NCBI GenBank assembly: GCA_964016885.1
Contig: OZ024741.1
Location: 174,034,001-174,098,000 of the forward strand
DNA from: Eledone cirrhosa
Lineage: Eukaryota
Direction: 5' to 3'
DNA length: 64,000 bases
Shown: piece by piece, positions 24,020 to 37,079 of the stretch
Numbering within the stretch: position 1 is the stretch's first letter
Layout of the letters: each line of letters opens with the position of its first letter
The notes under the pieces: generated by a model
What the model was told of the DNA's origin: nothing
Seen by the model: the letters and a program-made list of their open reading frames with translations, nothing else
Database searches by the model: none
Made by a program: the position numbers and the translations under genes

Positions 24020-27000
24020 CTTGTCCAATTATGCCCCAAATTCGAGGATTTTATTTAAACCTTCTCGCTAACTACCCCATACCCCTCCCACCTGTCCCCA
24101 CTCGCCACCATTATTATCTGGACCAATCATAAGTCAGTGGCCTATGCTATCACTTCTCCTGGTTGCCTTTCGATATGATGGATGGACTAGGAATTCTGGA
24201 GAGTCTGAAAAATCTGGACACTCAGTGACAATGCCAAAGATAAAGACAAATTCACCCAATGCTGCCGGACGAAAAGGCAAGGACACCTCTTTGTTTCGTC
24301 CACGGATGGCCAACATAACCCCAACCCCCTCCCCCTCCCCCCTCCCCGCACCCCACCGTTCCCACCCTCCAAACGCAATCCAAAACTTCAGAGTTGGTAC
24401 CATGAATGAGGTCGCTCTAACGAGGTTGTAGAAATGCTTGAACGTAAGGAGGTTGATGTTTGCTGTATCCAAGAGACCAGGTGGAGGGGTGGGTCTGCTA
24501 GATTCATTGTGGGTAAAAAACGATGCTATAAGTTTTTCTGGGTGGGGTAGGAATCATGTTAGCAGAAAAATGGGTAGATAAGATAATAGATGTAAATAGA
24601 GTGAACGACAGAATAATTAAAATAAGACTTGTCCTAAATAGAACTACTGTGACAGTAATATCTGCGTACGCACCCCAATCCGGACTGCCTGGCGCTATAA
24701 AAGACAGATTCTGTGAGACATTGATGCTCACTACCTCCCAAATAACCGACAGTGACTACATAATTATTGCTGGCGACCTAAATGGTCATGTTGGACAACA
24801 TTGTGATGGCTATGACGGAATCCATGGAGGCTATGGGTTTGGTACTAGAAATGAGGAAGGCTCCAGAATCCTGGAATTCTGTGATGCAAATAACCTAACT
24901 ATCTGTAACACTAACTTCAAAAAACGAGACAATCACTTGATCACCTATAGATCAGGGGAACACGCCAGTAAGATAGATTATATCCTTACCAGAAGACGTG
25001 ATAGAGTGTCTGTTGTAAACACTAAATCCCTCCCCCATGAAGAATGCACCTCCCAACATAGACTCATAGTCAGTGACCTCATAGTCAGGACAAGACGTAC
25101 TCGACAACAGAGAAGGACTATCCTCAGGAGAAAAATATGGAAGTTAAAAGACCCCACAGCCAGTAATAAATTTAAAAGCATATTACTTGATGTTTTTGAC
25201 AGTGAGGAAGAGCAATTAGAGTCGTACAATATAGAGGAACAGTGGGAATTCCTGAAAGCTAACCTGCTGAAGGCGGCAGATGAAGTCTGTGACTGGAGCA
25301 GGCCTATAGGCAGGAGGAGAGTAACGTGGTGGTGGAACAGTAAGGTGGAGGAGTCAATTAAGGCCAAAAAGCAGGCTTGGAAAGTATGGCGGGAGGGGGG
25401 AAGTAGAGAAGACTATCAAGTGGCCAGGAGGGAAGCTAGGAGACAAGTGTACTTCGCAAGAAGGGAAGCAGAGGAAAGAAAGTTCAAGCATGTTCTACAA
25501 CACGAGGACCAAAAACGTGAGGTGTTCAGGATTACTAGGCAATGTGTCAAGGAAAACCGTGATATTGTCGGGGAGAAGTGTGTCTTGAATGATGATGGTG
25601 TACTTGCCATCACTGACGCTGATAAGAAGGTAGCTTGGAAGTGTCACTACGAAAGGCTACTAAATGAGGAGAATAAATGGGAGAAAAACAGTCTCCCCCA
25701 CATCGATCCAATAGAGGGACCAGCAGTGCAAGTTGAAGGTAGTATAATAAGTAAGGCAATCAAAGATATGAAGACGGGTAAGGCGGCTGGGCCTTCGGAA
25801 ATAGTTGCTGAAATGCTGAAAGCATCTGGAATGGTGGGACACACTATGGTCACCCGGATAGTAACCCAAGTCATACAGGATGGGGTTGTTCCGAAGGACT
25901 GGCATAGCAGCATCATCATTAACTGCTACAAGGGTAAAGTAAAGGAGATGCCCTAGATAGGTGTAACTATAGAGGCATTAAATTAATCGACCAAGTCATG
26001 AAGGTCACAGAAAAAGTAATAGCGCAACTAATCAGAAAGCGAATTGATCTAGATGAAATGCAGTTCGGGTTTGTGTCAGGTAAAAGTACCACAGACGCTC
26101 TTTTCATTGTACGACAACTACAGGAGAAATACCTAGCTAAAAGTAAACCCCTATACTTAGCTTTTGTTGACTTGGAGAAAGCCTTTGACAGAGTCCCCCG
26201 TCCATTATCTGGTGGGCTCTTAGAAAACTAGGTGTTGATAAATGGCTTGTGAGAGCTATACAAGCCATGTATAAAGAAACAGTCAGCAAGGTTAGAATTA
26301 ACAATGAATATAGTGAAGAGTTTAGCGTAAAAGTTGGTGTTCATCACGGCTCCGTTCTTAGCCCCCTACTATTTATTATTGCCCTTCAGGCTATAACAGG
26401 GGAGTTCAAGACTGGCTGCCCATGGGAACTCCTATACGCAGATGATCTAACGCTCATGGCTGAATCAATGACTGAACTAGAGAAGAAATTCCAAACATGG
26501 AAGCATGGCCTAGAATCAAAAGGCCTTAAAATTAACCTGTCTAAGACTAAAGTTCTAGTTTGTAGGAAGGAAAATAGGGCACTGGTCCCATCTGGAAAAT
26601 GGCCATGCTCAGTGTGTAGGAAAGGAGTAGTAAGAAACTCCATTTTATGTCCAAAATGCAAAGTATGGGTGCATAAAAGATGTAGTGGGATCACAGGTAA
26701 GCTAACTAAGAATATAGATTTTATATGTGGCCAGTGCTCTGGTGCAATAAGTAGCAGCAAGTGCCCACAGAATACTAGCTCATTCCATTGCACAGATGGT
26801 TCTATAGAAATAGTGGACACCTTCCGTTACCTGGGTGACAAAATCAGCAGTGGGGGAGGGTGCTCTGAAAGTACAGTAGCTGGAGTCAGAACGGGATGGA
26901 AAAAGTTCAGAGAGCTTATACCACTATTGGCCGCTAAAGGGTTATCTCTAAAAATGAAAGGCAGGCTGTATGATGCCTGCATACAAACAGCAATGTTACA

Positions 27001-27759
27001 TGGCAGTGAGACCTGGGCATTGTGTGCAGAGGATATATGCAGACTGGAGAGGAACGAAGCTTGCATGCTCCGCTGGATGTGTAATAGTAATATACGTGAA
27101 CGGCAAAGCATAAACAAACTAAGGGAGAAATTAGGAATAAGAGAGAAGACTACGTTGCTACGGTCACGTGATGCGCATGAAAGACGACAGCTGTATAAAA
27201 AAGTGCAGAGCGATAAAAATAGACAGTAGCCACGGAGTAGGCAGACCCAGGAAAACCTGAGACGACTTGATAAATTCCGACCTCAGACACTTACATCTCT
27301 CAAAGACAATGTCACTGGACTGAGATCTTTGGCGCTACACAGTAATGCAGAAGACCCGCCTTGCCTAAGTAGAAAGTGAAACCTACAGTCAGTAGGCACC
27401 TCTAACAAAAATACAACCCCATCCCACTACCCCCACCCCATCCACACCAGCCCTTTCAATGTAAAGTTATGTTGGTTCCACAACATCCAGGCCGAAACAA
27501 ATGAGGTCGTGTAGGAGTCACGACAAAAAAAAAAACACACAATCCACACTGTAATGTTGCCGTGTAGGTAACACGGTAAAACCTCCCAGTCCACACTGTA
27601 AACGTGGTTGGTGTTAGGAAGGGCATCCAGCCGTAGAAAACCCGCCAGACAGTCCTATACGAGCAAGTCAACCAATCTTGCCTCAAGTGGGAAAATTCCC
27701 GTCCAAACCCATGCAAGCGTGGAAGATGGACGTTAAACGATGATGATGATGATGATGAT
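24020..27759 (+). mobile_element. Near full-length RTE LINE (APE endonuclease + RT + embedded PHD finger), frameshifted, with a downstream UTR-like region and (GAT)n tail
   Basis: RVGTMN, SAYAPQ, GDLNGHVG, KIDYIL, SQHRL endonuclease motifs (24390-25080); QFGF, YADD, FRYLG in 25998-27229; 5' boundary approximate. Confidence 0.93.
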
Positions 27760-29740
27760 GGTACTGCCATGTGATGCCCATAAAAGATGATTGTTGGGCA
27801 AAGATGTGCCAAGAGCTCCCAGTAGAAACAAACTGCAAGAGAGGAAAGCCAAGGAAAACCTGGGCAGAAATGATGAGAGTGGATCTCAAAATGTTAACAA
27901 ATGAAATGTGTAAAGAGAGACTGTGCTGGAAAAGATCTGTCCAATCCATGCAAACATAGAAAAATGGATGTAAAATGGATGATGGAAATTCATAGTATGG
28001 ACATTTCTCATTTATTTGATGATGTCTTAATACCATTCCAGTTTCCACCCTCAAACATTGGCTTCATAAATTGACCTCTCAGTAACTCTTGATGTCATTA
28101 TGAAAGAGGTAAATAACTGAGGATTATAAAGTATTAGTTGATCAATTGAACTAAAATATCATTGCTTATATACTTAGGAATTCAGGTTTATGAACAATAC
28201 TATTGATTTTTTTATATTCCCATAGGATAATCCATAATAATGTTGATAGAATTATCATTTTAACAATATTTTTCCTGCTAAAGCAGGGGTTAGTCTTGTG
28301 GTCTTCATAATAGGCTTCATACTCAGCATGGGTCTTGAATTAGGAATGAAACTACTTTCTAACAATTAAAAAACCTGATTTTAAAGAGAAAGCTAAAAAG
28401 TGAAAATATACTGCAAGCTAAAATTTCATTTAACACCATTTAAATTACCAAATAAATCTAAAAGATCATTTTTATAAAAAACAACACAAGTGTTTTAAAG
28501 CTATGTTTCCTGCTAAAACAGGGGTTAACCTCCTGGGCCACATGATAAGCTTATACTCCTCATGGGGTCTTTTTTAAGGCAGTGTTTTATGGCTGGATGC
28601 CATTCCTGGCACCTACTATTTTAGTTACCTCTTATAACATTTGGGGATACAATGTACTTATTGCAAACTATATATACACAGAGAATTATAATAAGCATGT
28701 AATCTTTACTTCTGACATGTGACTTTGTAAAAGCTCACATAATTGAAACTCTAAAAGAAAACAACTGATCCTATCAAAGCCACCATTTATCCAAAAATAT
28801 TACCAAGAAATTATTATTTGGTAATTCTTTGAATCAATTCTTTAAACCAGTTTTACTAACTGGAAAATTCCAGTCACCATTTTATACACAGATATAAATG
28901 TAATGTAATGGCTGTCTCTATAATTATTTCCTATTTTCTATATGTTATGTTTAATTCTGAATGTAGTTGTATGGGATCTTGGACTGTATTGATATCTGTG
29001 TGGGATTCATGGATTACAATATCATTGAAATATGCTGTTACGATAGTATGCCAGAGGAAAGCTGATAGGGAATCTGTACAAATCAATATGACCAACAACA
29101 AAAGTCTTTAAAGAAAAATAACACCCCTCCTCCATCTTGAATAACACAAACTACATCCAACATTCTATTCCTCCTTTCAATAGTTTACATGCATGAAAGT
29201 CTTATGATGTATAAATTTATGCTAGTGACAAAAAATATGAGTGTACATAATTATTAAATGCTGCTGTAGTGTGTTAAGAGAGAGATTATGCTGGTATGGA
29301 AATATCACCATCATCATCATTATCCTCATCATTATCTTCATCATCATCACTATTCAACATCTATTTTCCATGCCTTCATGGGTTAGATATCTGTCATGAG
29401 TTGAAGCAAGGCTTATCAGGTGACTAAGTTCTGTTCATACGCTTTGTTTTGGCTTGATTTCTATGGCTAGATGCCCTTCCTAATGTTAACCACTTAACAA
29501 CGTTAATATATATGGCATTAGGAAGGGCATCCAGCGATAGAAACTAAGCCAGAAACAGTTCTGTATGAGCAAGGCCGGCCACCTGATCTGACTTGTCTCA
29601 CAATGGGACAACTCATCTAATCCATGTTAACATGGAAAATGGGCGTTAAATGATGATGATGATGATGATGATATGACCCATGCAAGAGTGGAAAATATAT
29701 ATTTAACATTGATAATTATATATATATATATCTAATATAA

Positions 29741-29926
29741 TTGTTTCTACTTTAGGCACAAGGCCAGCAATTACCCAGTGCATTACTGGTACTTTATGTT
29801 ATCGACCCCGTAAGGATGAAAGGCAAAGTCAACCTCGGCGGGATTTGAACTCAGATCGTAAAGGGACGTAACTATGCTGGAAAGCATGGCGTCCGACCCT
29901 CTACCGATACTGCCAATCCACCGCCC
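29741..29926 (-). mobile_element. Full-length SINE family A (tRNA-derived, ~185 bp)
   Basis: Minus strand: A-box TGGCAGTATCGG, B-box GAGTTCAAATCC, 3' end gtagaaacaa; TSD tatatatatatctaatataa on both sides. Confidence 0.9.
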
Positions 29927-30125
29927 TCTATATATATATCTAATATAACAAAATAGAGTTAGACATTGATACCTGTTAAAATAGAGTTAGACATTGATAC
30001 CTGTTATTCCATAGTAGTCTACGAATATTCCCATAGTATAATCTTCCATCAGATTTTCTAGAAATATATCATTTTACTAATACAGTTCTTAATTCAGTTA
30101 AATCATTCAAATTGTTTGTTTCTAG

Positions 30126-30213
30126 GAAGCTGAAAATGATGGGAATGAGACACAACCCATTGAAGAGAGTATTCTCAAAACTCCTCAAGAAAGTGTTATT
30201 AAACCAGAAGAAG
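30126..30213 (+). CDS. SPEF2: SPEF2-like exon (EAENDGNETQPIEESILKTPQESVIKPEE)
   Basis: ttgtttctag acceptor, gtaaga donor; phase 0/1. Confidence 0.75.
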
Positions 30214-30499
30214 GTAAGAAAATATTTGTGTATATTTCTGTGCATCCATAAAACATTGCCTCAAAAAGGATAAATTTTGTTATGGGGTCTGCAAGTTTAA
30301 CCCTTTCATTACCACATTTCCAATGAAAGACTTTACAAGATTTGTAAATTTCTCATTATTAAGCCAGTGTTTGAAACATAAAAGTTCTTATGCAAATTAT
30401 GGTGGAAGGCTTTTAGATATAAATACTTTAGATATAAATACTTTAGATATAAATACTTTAAAATGGCAGTTTTGTATCATAGAACCTGACAGTTTAATA

Positions 30500-31010
30500 T
30501 AATAATAATGAAAATTATTGTGTACAGTGATCAGGTGCACTACAACTCATCAAAGGTGCATGTATAGTACATAGAATAATGTACAAATGTCAGGAAAGTG
30601 CACGGTGTATGAGTCATGATATACACACAGACACACACACATGCATGCGTGTGTATGGAGGGATAATATTAGGTGTAGTGTTGGCAAATTTCAGGAAGCA
30701 TGGAAGTTTTGAAGGATAAAGTGTCCCAGCAGCTAACAACTGATGCACGTAGTTTGGTCCATGCTTCAGCAACTCTGAGCATGAAAAAATGTTTCTGAAA
30801 GTCATGGGAGCTGTGCTGTTTTCTGATTTTGCAAACATGTCCGTGGCTGTTAGACACATTGAATACAAAAAGGTACTCAGGATTGTTGTTGGAAAGATGG
30901 TTAATAATGTTGTGGGTGTCAACCAAGTCAGTTGCCAGACATCGTAGCTTTAATGTATCCATGTTCAGGGCAGCAAAGCGTTCAGTGTATGGTAGATGCC
31001 TGATGTTACC
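30500..31010 (-). mobile_element. CR1/L2-group LINE 3' fragment (shorter second copy ~38775-39025)
   Basis: LPYTERFAALNMDTLKLR..DL..SHGH..HFFMLRVAEAWTKL..SFK; shared 3' UTR aaattattgtgtacagtg. Confidence 0.8.
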
Positions 31011-31650
31011 CAAAGTGTTAATGTCCTACTGCAAAGAGTTCAATCCCACTACATGGTACATGCTATAAGCTTGGGCTGACCATAATGATTTGTAAGGAAA
31101 TTTGGTTGACAGAAATTGGAGGAAATCTGTCATCTTGAAATGTGTGTGTGTGTGTGTTTGTCTGTGGGTCTGTGTCTGTATATGTCTGTGTGTGCATGTC
31201 TGTGTGCATATCTATGAGTGTGTATGTCACTGCGCGTCCATAAATGTATGTGTGTATGTTGGTTTCTGTGTGTATGTCTCTGTATATGACTGTGTGTATG
31301 TGTGTGTCTGTACGGGTGTATGTATGTGTGTGTGTTTGTTTATGTGGGTCTGTGGCTGTATATGTCTGTGCATGTGCATCTGTGTGTGCATATCGGTGAG
31401 TGTGTATGTCACTGTGTGTGCATGAATGTATGTGTGTATGTTGATTCCTGTCTGTAGGTCTATATATATGTCTGTATGTATTTGTATGTCTGTGTGCATG
31501 TGTATGTATATATGTATGTGTGTCTGTCTGAGTGTGTATATGCTAGTTGCTGCAAAACATAATATCAACATAATGACATCTTCCAAAATACAATAATATT
31601 TTCAACTATTTTTTGTATTATTTTCTCCATTTAAATAATTCCTTATTCAG

Positions 31651-31727
31651 AAGTTGAAGAAAAAGTTTCTGAAATAATTCTGCCAGATTCACCAGAATGG
31701 GAATTTATGGATTTTGAGATTAACATG
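31651..31727 (+). CDS. SPEF2: SPEF2-like exon (VEEKVSEIILPDSPEWEFMDFEINM)
   Basis: ccttattcag acceptor, gtcagt donor; resembles SPEF2 'PGSEEWVYVNEP'; phase 1/0. Confidence 0.8.
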
Positions 31728-32059
31728 GTCAGTTTTTTTTCTCTTTAATTCTTTAACTAGTTACATTCATCGGATTCTAGTCAAGCTGGAGCATTAACTT
31801 CAAGTGTTATCTTGTTTTTGCTTAAAAGGATATAACTTGACACACCAGTATGTATAATACAGACACATACTCACACTCCTGTATGCCTATATACATATAT
31901 AAACAAGCAAAAGCAAATCAAAATAAAAAACATCTTGATTTGCTTTGTCCTACAAAGAGCTCAATGAAAGTAAGATGCAAAAAAACCTATTCCAGAGCAC
32001 TCTTATGCAAGAACATTACAGAAACAATACTAATTATATATTGTAGTACATATGACAAG

Positions 32060-34020
32060 GTACAAAAGTAATAAGACACATGGTTAGAGCTGATACACAA
32101 CTACAAGAGATGCTTCATTCTCATAACAGTTACATTATAAGTTTTAGATATGCTCTGTAAACTACTGCTAATACACCTGAGTTTAAAATAGTAATTGATG
32201 CTGAAAAGAGACCCACAAGTGAACATGCTCACAGATTTAAAGATTAAATGCTCCAAAATGTAATGAGGTAGCTGTTGTGATTACTGGAGAGGAACATGGC
32301 AGCAAATGTGATATTGTATTAAATAAACATGACAACAGCTTCCAATTCATCAGTGAAACACACCGTTCTTATGACGTGCTACAATATCCTTTACTTTTTG
32401 TGTATGCTGAAAATGGATATCACTTTAATATTAGACAAACCAGACACATCCAAATGAAAATAGTATCCTGCATGGACTTTTATGCTCACCATTTTATGGT
32501 ACATAACAATTCCTTCAAACACTTACATAATAGCCCAAACCTTTTCCACCAATTTGTTGGAGATATGTTCGCAAAAGTAGATGCTGAAAAATTGAGCTAC
32601 ATAAAAAACAATCAAACTCAGTTGAGACGAGATGAATAGATTCACTTACGAGAAGCAATCAACAATGATGTTGCTGGAGAAAACACTGGATAATTGTGTA
32701 TTTTACCTTCAAGCTTTGTAGGAAACCCAAGATATATACATGAATTAACACAGGATTTAATGAGCTACATTCAAAACCTTGGCCTATTTATCACATTTAT
32801 CTGCAACCCAAAGTGGAAAGATGAATTGCTTCCAGGCCAGACTCATCTCCACAGACACAACCTCATATCTCAAGTCTTCCACCTTCAAGTTGATAAAATG
32901 ATGTATTTAATCAAAAAGGTAGAAATTTTTGGTGCTGTCAGCTGTCAGCTGTCAGCATTATACCATTGAATGGCAAAAATGGGGATTGCCTTCATGCACA
33001 CATTCTAATCGGGCTCACAATGAAAATGCACCCAAATAAAATCAACTTTGTAATATCAGCAGGACTTCCTACCCCCAATATAGATAGTGAGCTTTTTGAA
33101 ATTGTCAAGTCCCATATGTTCATGGCCCCTGTGGCACTCTTAACATGAATTTGGCTTACATGAAAAATTAAAACTAAATGTGAAAAAAAATATCCTAAAC
33201 CATTCATACAAGAAACACAGACTTCTAATGACAGTTACCCATCTTACCATCAAAGAAGCCCAGAGGCAGGAGGTTTCAAAGCCAATATTGAGCAATATGA
33301 GATTAACAACTAATAAATCATACCCTTTTTCCCACCCCTTAGTAAAGCTTTCAACTCTCACATTAATATCAAATATTGTCACTCAGTCAAAGCCATAACG
33401 TATGTGTGCAAATATGTTAACAAGGGTTCTAATGCTGCCATGTTTGTGCTACAGCAACAAAATATGTCTGACGAGGTATCCAACTTCCAACACAGTCGAT
33501 ATATCAGCAGTAACAAAGCATTCTGGTGCATTTTTGGATTCCCAGTTCCATCCCATTACCTACCAGTGCAAAAACTCGATGTGAATTTTCCAAATGGACA
33601 AGTGTATTTTACAGGCGAAAATGCATCCCAACAAGTGAAAGCACCAAGAAAGACAACTTTGTTAGCACTTTTTGAACTTTGTAGAATTGACAGCTTTGCA
33701 CAAACTCTAATATATGGACAAATACCACCCTACTAGACCTTTGATAAACAGAGAGGAAAATAGAAGTGGCAAAAACAAGAAAGACCAGTAAAAACCATCC
33801 TGAAATGTGTAAAGCAGAAACACTAGGTAGGATTATACAATACATCCAAGACAGCGGGAATGTTTCCACTTGAAGATGCTACTTAATGAAATTAGAGGCT
33901 CTCAAGGCTTTGATGAACTCCTTAAATGAATGGTGCTGTTTGTAACACCTATCATGAGGCTTGCATGCAGAGAGGTCTGTTCGAAGATCACAATTAATGA
34001 GATGCAACACTTGACAAAGG
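32060..34020 (+). pseudogene. Second, more decayed Helitron Rep relic (different family)
   Basis: ISETHRSYDVLQYPL, NQTQLR, ILPSSFVGNPRY, LFITFICNPKW, HAHIL, KYVNKG, RYISSNKAFW motifs; many stops and frameshifts. Confidence 0.85.
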
Positions 34021-34052
34021 TGTCTCTATCTTGGACCATTATTTCTATGTAC

Positions 34053-34099
34053 CAGTAATGCACTGGGTAATTACTGGCCTTGTGCCAACAGTAGAAACA
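34053..34099 (+). mobile_element. Very short 5'-truncated SINE A insertion with 15-bp TSD
   Basis: attatttctatgtac at 34038-34052 and 34100-34114. Confidence 0.8.
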
Positions 34100-34412
34100 A
34101 TTATTTCTATGTACAGGATGATATCTTGACCCACAAATGTTGACTTCTTGTCTGTGAAATGCTAGGGTTGACTTTTAAATGAGGTCTATTGAAAATTCCA
34201 GATTTTGAGGCCAAAAATAGGGGGTCAACTTTTACATGAGATCAAATACTACTCAAGTATATATGGTATATATATACATTTATATATGTATATACATTCA
34301 TACACACACAACACACACACACACACACAAGTAGCCTATATAGATATATATCTTAGTTGGTTTTTGTTTTAAGTTAAAACTATAGATATTTGTACTCATT
34401 GTTTTTTTATAG

Positions 34413-34540
34413 AAAATGATTAAACTATTGAGTTCTTACTGGAAACTGATTGAGGAATCCTACCTCCAAAATTGTAAGAAAACGTTCCGAGCTATTAGGA
34501 GAGAACGAGAATGCATTAAACCTTATTATTATAGCATCAG
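34413..34540 (+). CDS. SPEF2: SPEF2-like exon (KMIKLLSSYWKLIEESYLQNCKKTFRAIRRERECIKPYYYSIR)
   Basis: ttttttatag acceptor, gtgagt donor; resembles SPEF2 'YWELIENSY'; phase 0/2. Confidence 0.9.
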
Positions 34541-35386
34541 GTGAGTAAATATTTTGGATATTTCATGAAAGATTAATTCTAAAGATTTTCTATCTGCTTT
34601 TGTATTTTCAGCAGTCAATGATCCATGTGTATTTACTGCTGTGTAATAACAGACTTTGTATGTGTGTGAAGGTGCATGGCTTAGTGGTTAAGGTGCTGTG
34701 CTCATGGCTGTAAGGTCATAGATTCAATTCCTGGACTAGGTGGCATGTTATGTCCTTGAGCAAGACACTATATTTCACATTGCTCCAGTCCATTCAGCTA
34801 GAAAAAAATGAGTTGCAGCAACACTGGTGCCAAGCTATGTTTGCCTTTGTATTATTTTCTTGAGAACATTATAGTGAATACATTGTGTATATATATAGTG
34901 AATATATAATGTATAAGAAGTGTATATATGAGTTGTGACAACTCTGATTCCAAGCTGTATAGGACTTTGCTTTTCTCTTAGATAGCATCAGTGGTGGGGA
35001 GAGGGGAGACTGGCATACACAGGGTGACTGCTGGTCTACCACAAAAGGCTTTTCCTGGGCTTGTATTCTGATAAAAATTTGGAGCTGTACGACTCAAACT
35101 GTAATCAAGAGGGGCTGTTAAGTTTCATAGCATATCTATCACCAAGGAAGTCATTCAGATGTAAAGAGATTTTGCACTATTAATGTTGAAGTAGAATAAA
35201 AAATATATGGTTAGCTGACCTGCTACAAGGTTGTGTCTCATAGGAGATTTCTTGTGTGCATTAATGATAGAGGCTTATGATGTATATGTGTATGTATGAA
35301 TACATGTATGCATGTATCTATCTCTCTAAGAACTAATGAAGTATTTGTGAATCTACAACCAGGTGGATTACAATATATATATATAT

Positions 35387-35688
35387 AAAAATAAGTAGAA
35401 TCGAAGTCATTATTGCAGCAGATATATAAACTTATTAGTATATTACAATCATTTCAATATTGATCAGCATGGGTTACAATCATAATGACCAGGGCCTGAC
35501 TCTTCCTCAACATCACATCAGATATACATGTGTGTCTTTGCACATTAAAACTCCCATATCTAATGAAGAGCTGGGCCCTGCTCATTATAATTGTACCCTG
35601 AGCTGATTGATATTGAAATGATTGTACTATGCCAATAAAGTTTATATATATGCTACAACAATCACTTCAATCTCACTTAGTTTTATTT
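35387..35688. repeat. Long imperfect inverted repeat (arms ~35387-35526 and ~35556-35688), possibly Penelope-derived
   Basis: tacaatcatttcaatattgatcagc...cagggcctgactctt versus aagagctgggccctg...gctgattgatattgaaatgattgta. Confidence 0.8.
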
Positions 35689-35808
35689 ACACTCAGCATA
35701 TTACAACCACCTTAACTCTGGTATACAACCCAACATGAGACAACCGTATAACAGCATTGAATGCTTAGAACGGCGAACTGCCTATAACTCAAGTTACACA
35801 CTTACCTA

Positions 35809-35843
<35 letters not shown>

Positions 35844-37012
35844 AACTTTGATAACTTACATACAAGGTTTCATTGTGTAGGAGGTTTCTTTAGGGTTTTA
35901 ATAATAGGGTCATCAGTCATGTCATGAAAATCAATGTGCAATGAAGTGCCTTGCTCAAGTACACAACACACCACTCCATCCAGAAATTGAATCCAACACC
36001 CTAACCACTAGGCCACTTAATATATATAATCCAGGCCTATGAGAAGATGGTTCATCTAATACATTATTCCAGGGTCCAAAGAACCAAGGAAGTATTTATG
36101 AATATGACATATCTCCACCTAAAAAAAATAAGATAAAACTCTTCTCAGCTACCTTTAAATTTTGATCAGAACTTCACCATTGCAAGGCCAGACAGCAATC
36201 ATGTTCCACCTTGCACAATTTCTTTCGAGAACCCTGGATATAATAAAGAGATGTTTTTGTTGTTTTATTTCTTTTCATTGGTTTTATGTTTGTATTTCCA
36301 TAGTGGCATGGATTTGACAGAGTTTATCCTGGTTTCATAAGATTTTTAAGCACTGAGACCACAAGATTTGACATGATGCTGGTATGTCACAAGTTTCACA
36401 CCAACTACTGCTGGTAATCATGTATTTTTAACAAAGTGGGCTGGAACTTTATGAACTAAAGGGCCTTGTTCACGGGTACAATGCACAGCCCTGCCCTGGG
36501 CTTTAAACCCATGATTTTGTGATCATGAGACCAACATCCTAACCACATCTAGGTTGTGCTTTTTCACATGATTAGATGCTACTGTAGTGCTGATGTCACA
36601 ATGAAATGCACCCTATATAATCTATGAAGTGGTAGTGCTGGGGCCAAAATAAAATGCACCCAACACACTCTGTAAAGTGGTAGTAGTAGTGTCACAAGAA
36701 AATGCACTTAGTACACTTTGCAAAGTGGCAGTGCTGGCTCCACTATAAAATGCACCTAGTACACTCTGTAAAGAGATGTGCTGGCATCACAATAAAATGT
36801 ACCTGGTACACTCAGTAAAGTGTTTAGTGTTAGGAACAGCATCCAGCTGTGGAAACCATGCCAAAATATGAAACACACCAACAAGACATGGCTATCTGAC
36901 CTGTCATATCTTAGACTATGATAAACCACCCAACCCATGCCAGCATGGAAAACTAATGATGATGATAATGATATCATCAATGTAATAATACTGATGTTTC
37001 CCATCAACACAG

Positions 37013-37079
37013 GAAAATATTTGAAGAATACCTGAAACGCCCTGATAATAAACAAGATTTTGTTAGTCAATGGCAGAAG
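37013..37079 (+). CDS. SPEF2: SPEF2-like exon (KIFEEYLKRPDNKQDFVSQWQK)
   Basis: caacacag acceptor, gtaatt donor; close to SPEF2 'FLKRPDHKQDFVAQWQ'; phase 2/0. Confidence 0.92.

Noticed and set aside
29741-29926. tRNA gene
   Set aside because: A/B boxes are present but there is no cloverleaf; multi-copy with TSDs, so a SINE head.
29950-30460. Short perfect tandem duplications (28 bp x2 at ~29950; 15 bp x3 at ~30412)
   Set aside because: Ordinary slippage duplications with no further structure.
31102-31586. Cys/Val- and His/Thr-rich ORFs (also 53559-54369)
   Set aside because: Translations of TG/TATG-rich simple repeats.
36575-36830. CRISPR-like spaced repeats (also 54770-54935 and 59950-60160)
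   Set aside because: Degenerate ~40-45-bp tandem units of a retroposon 3' region; no unique spacers, no cas genes, eukaryotic context.
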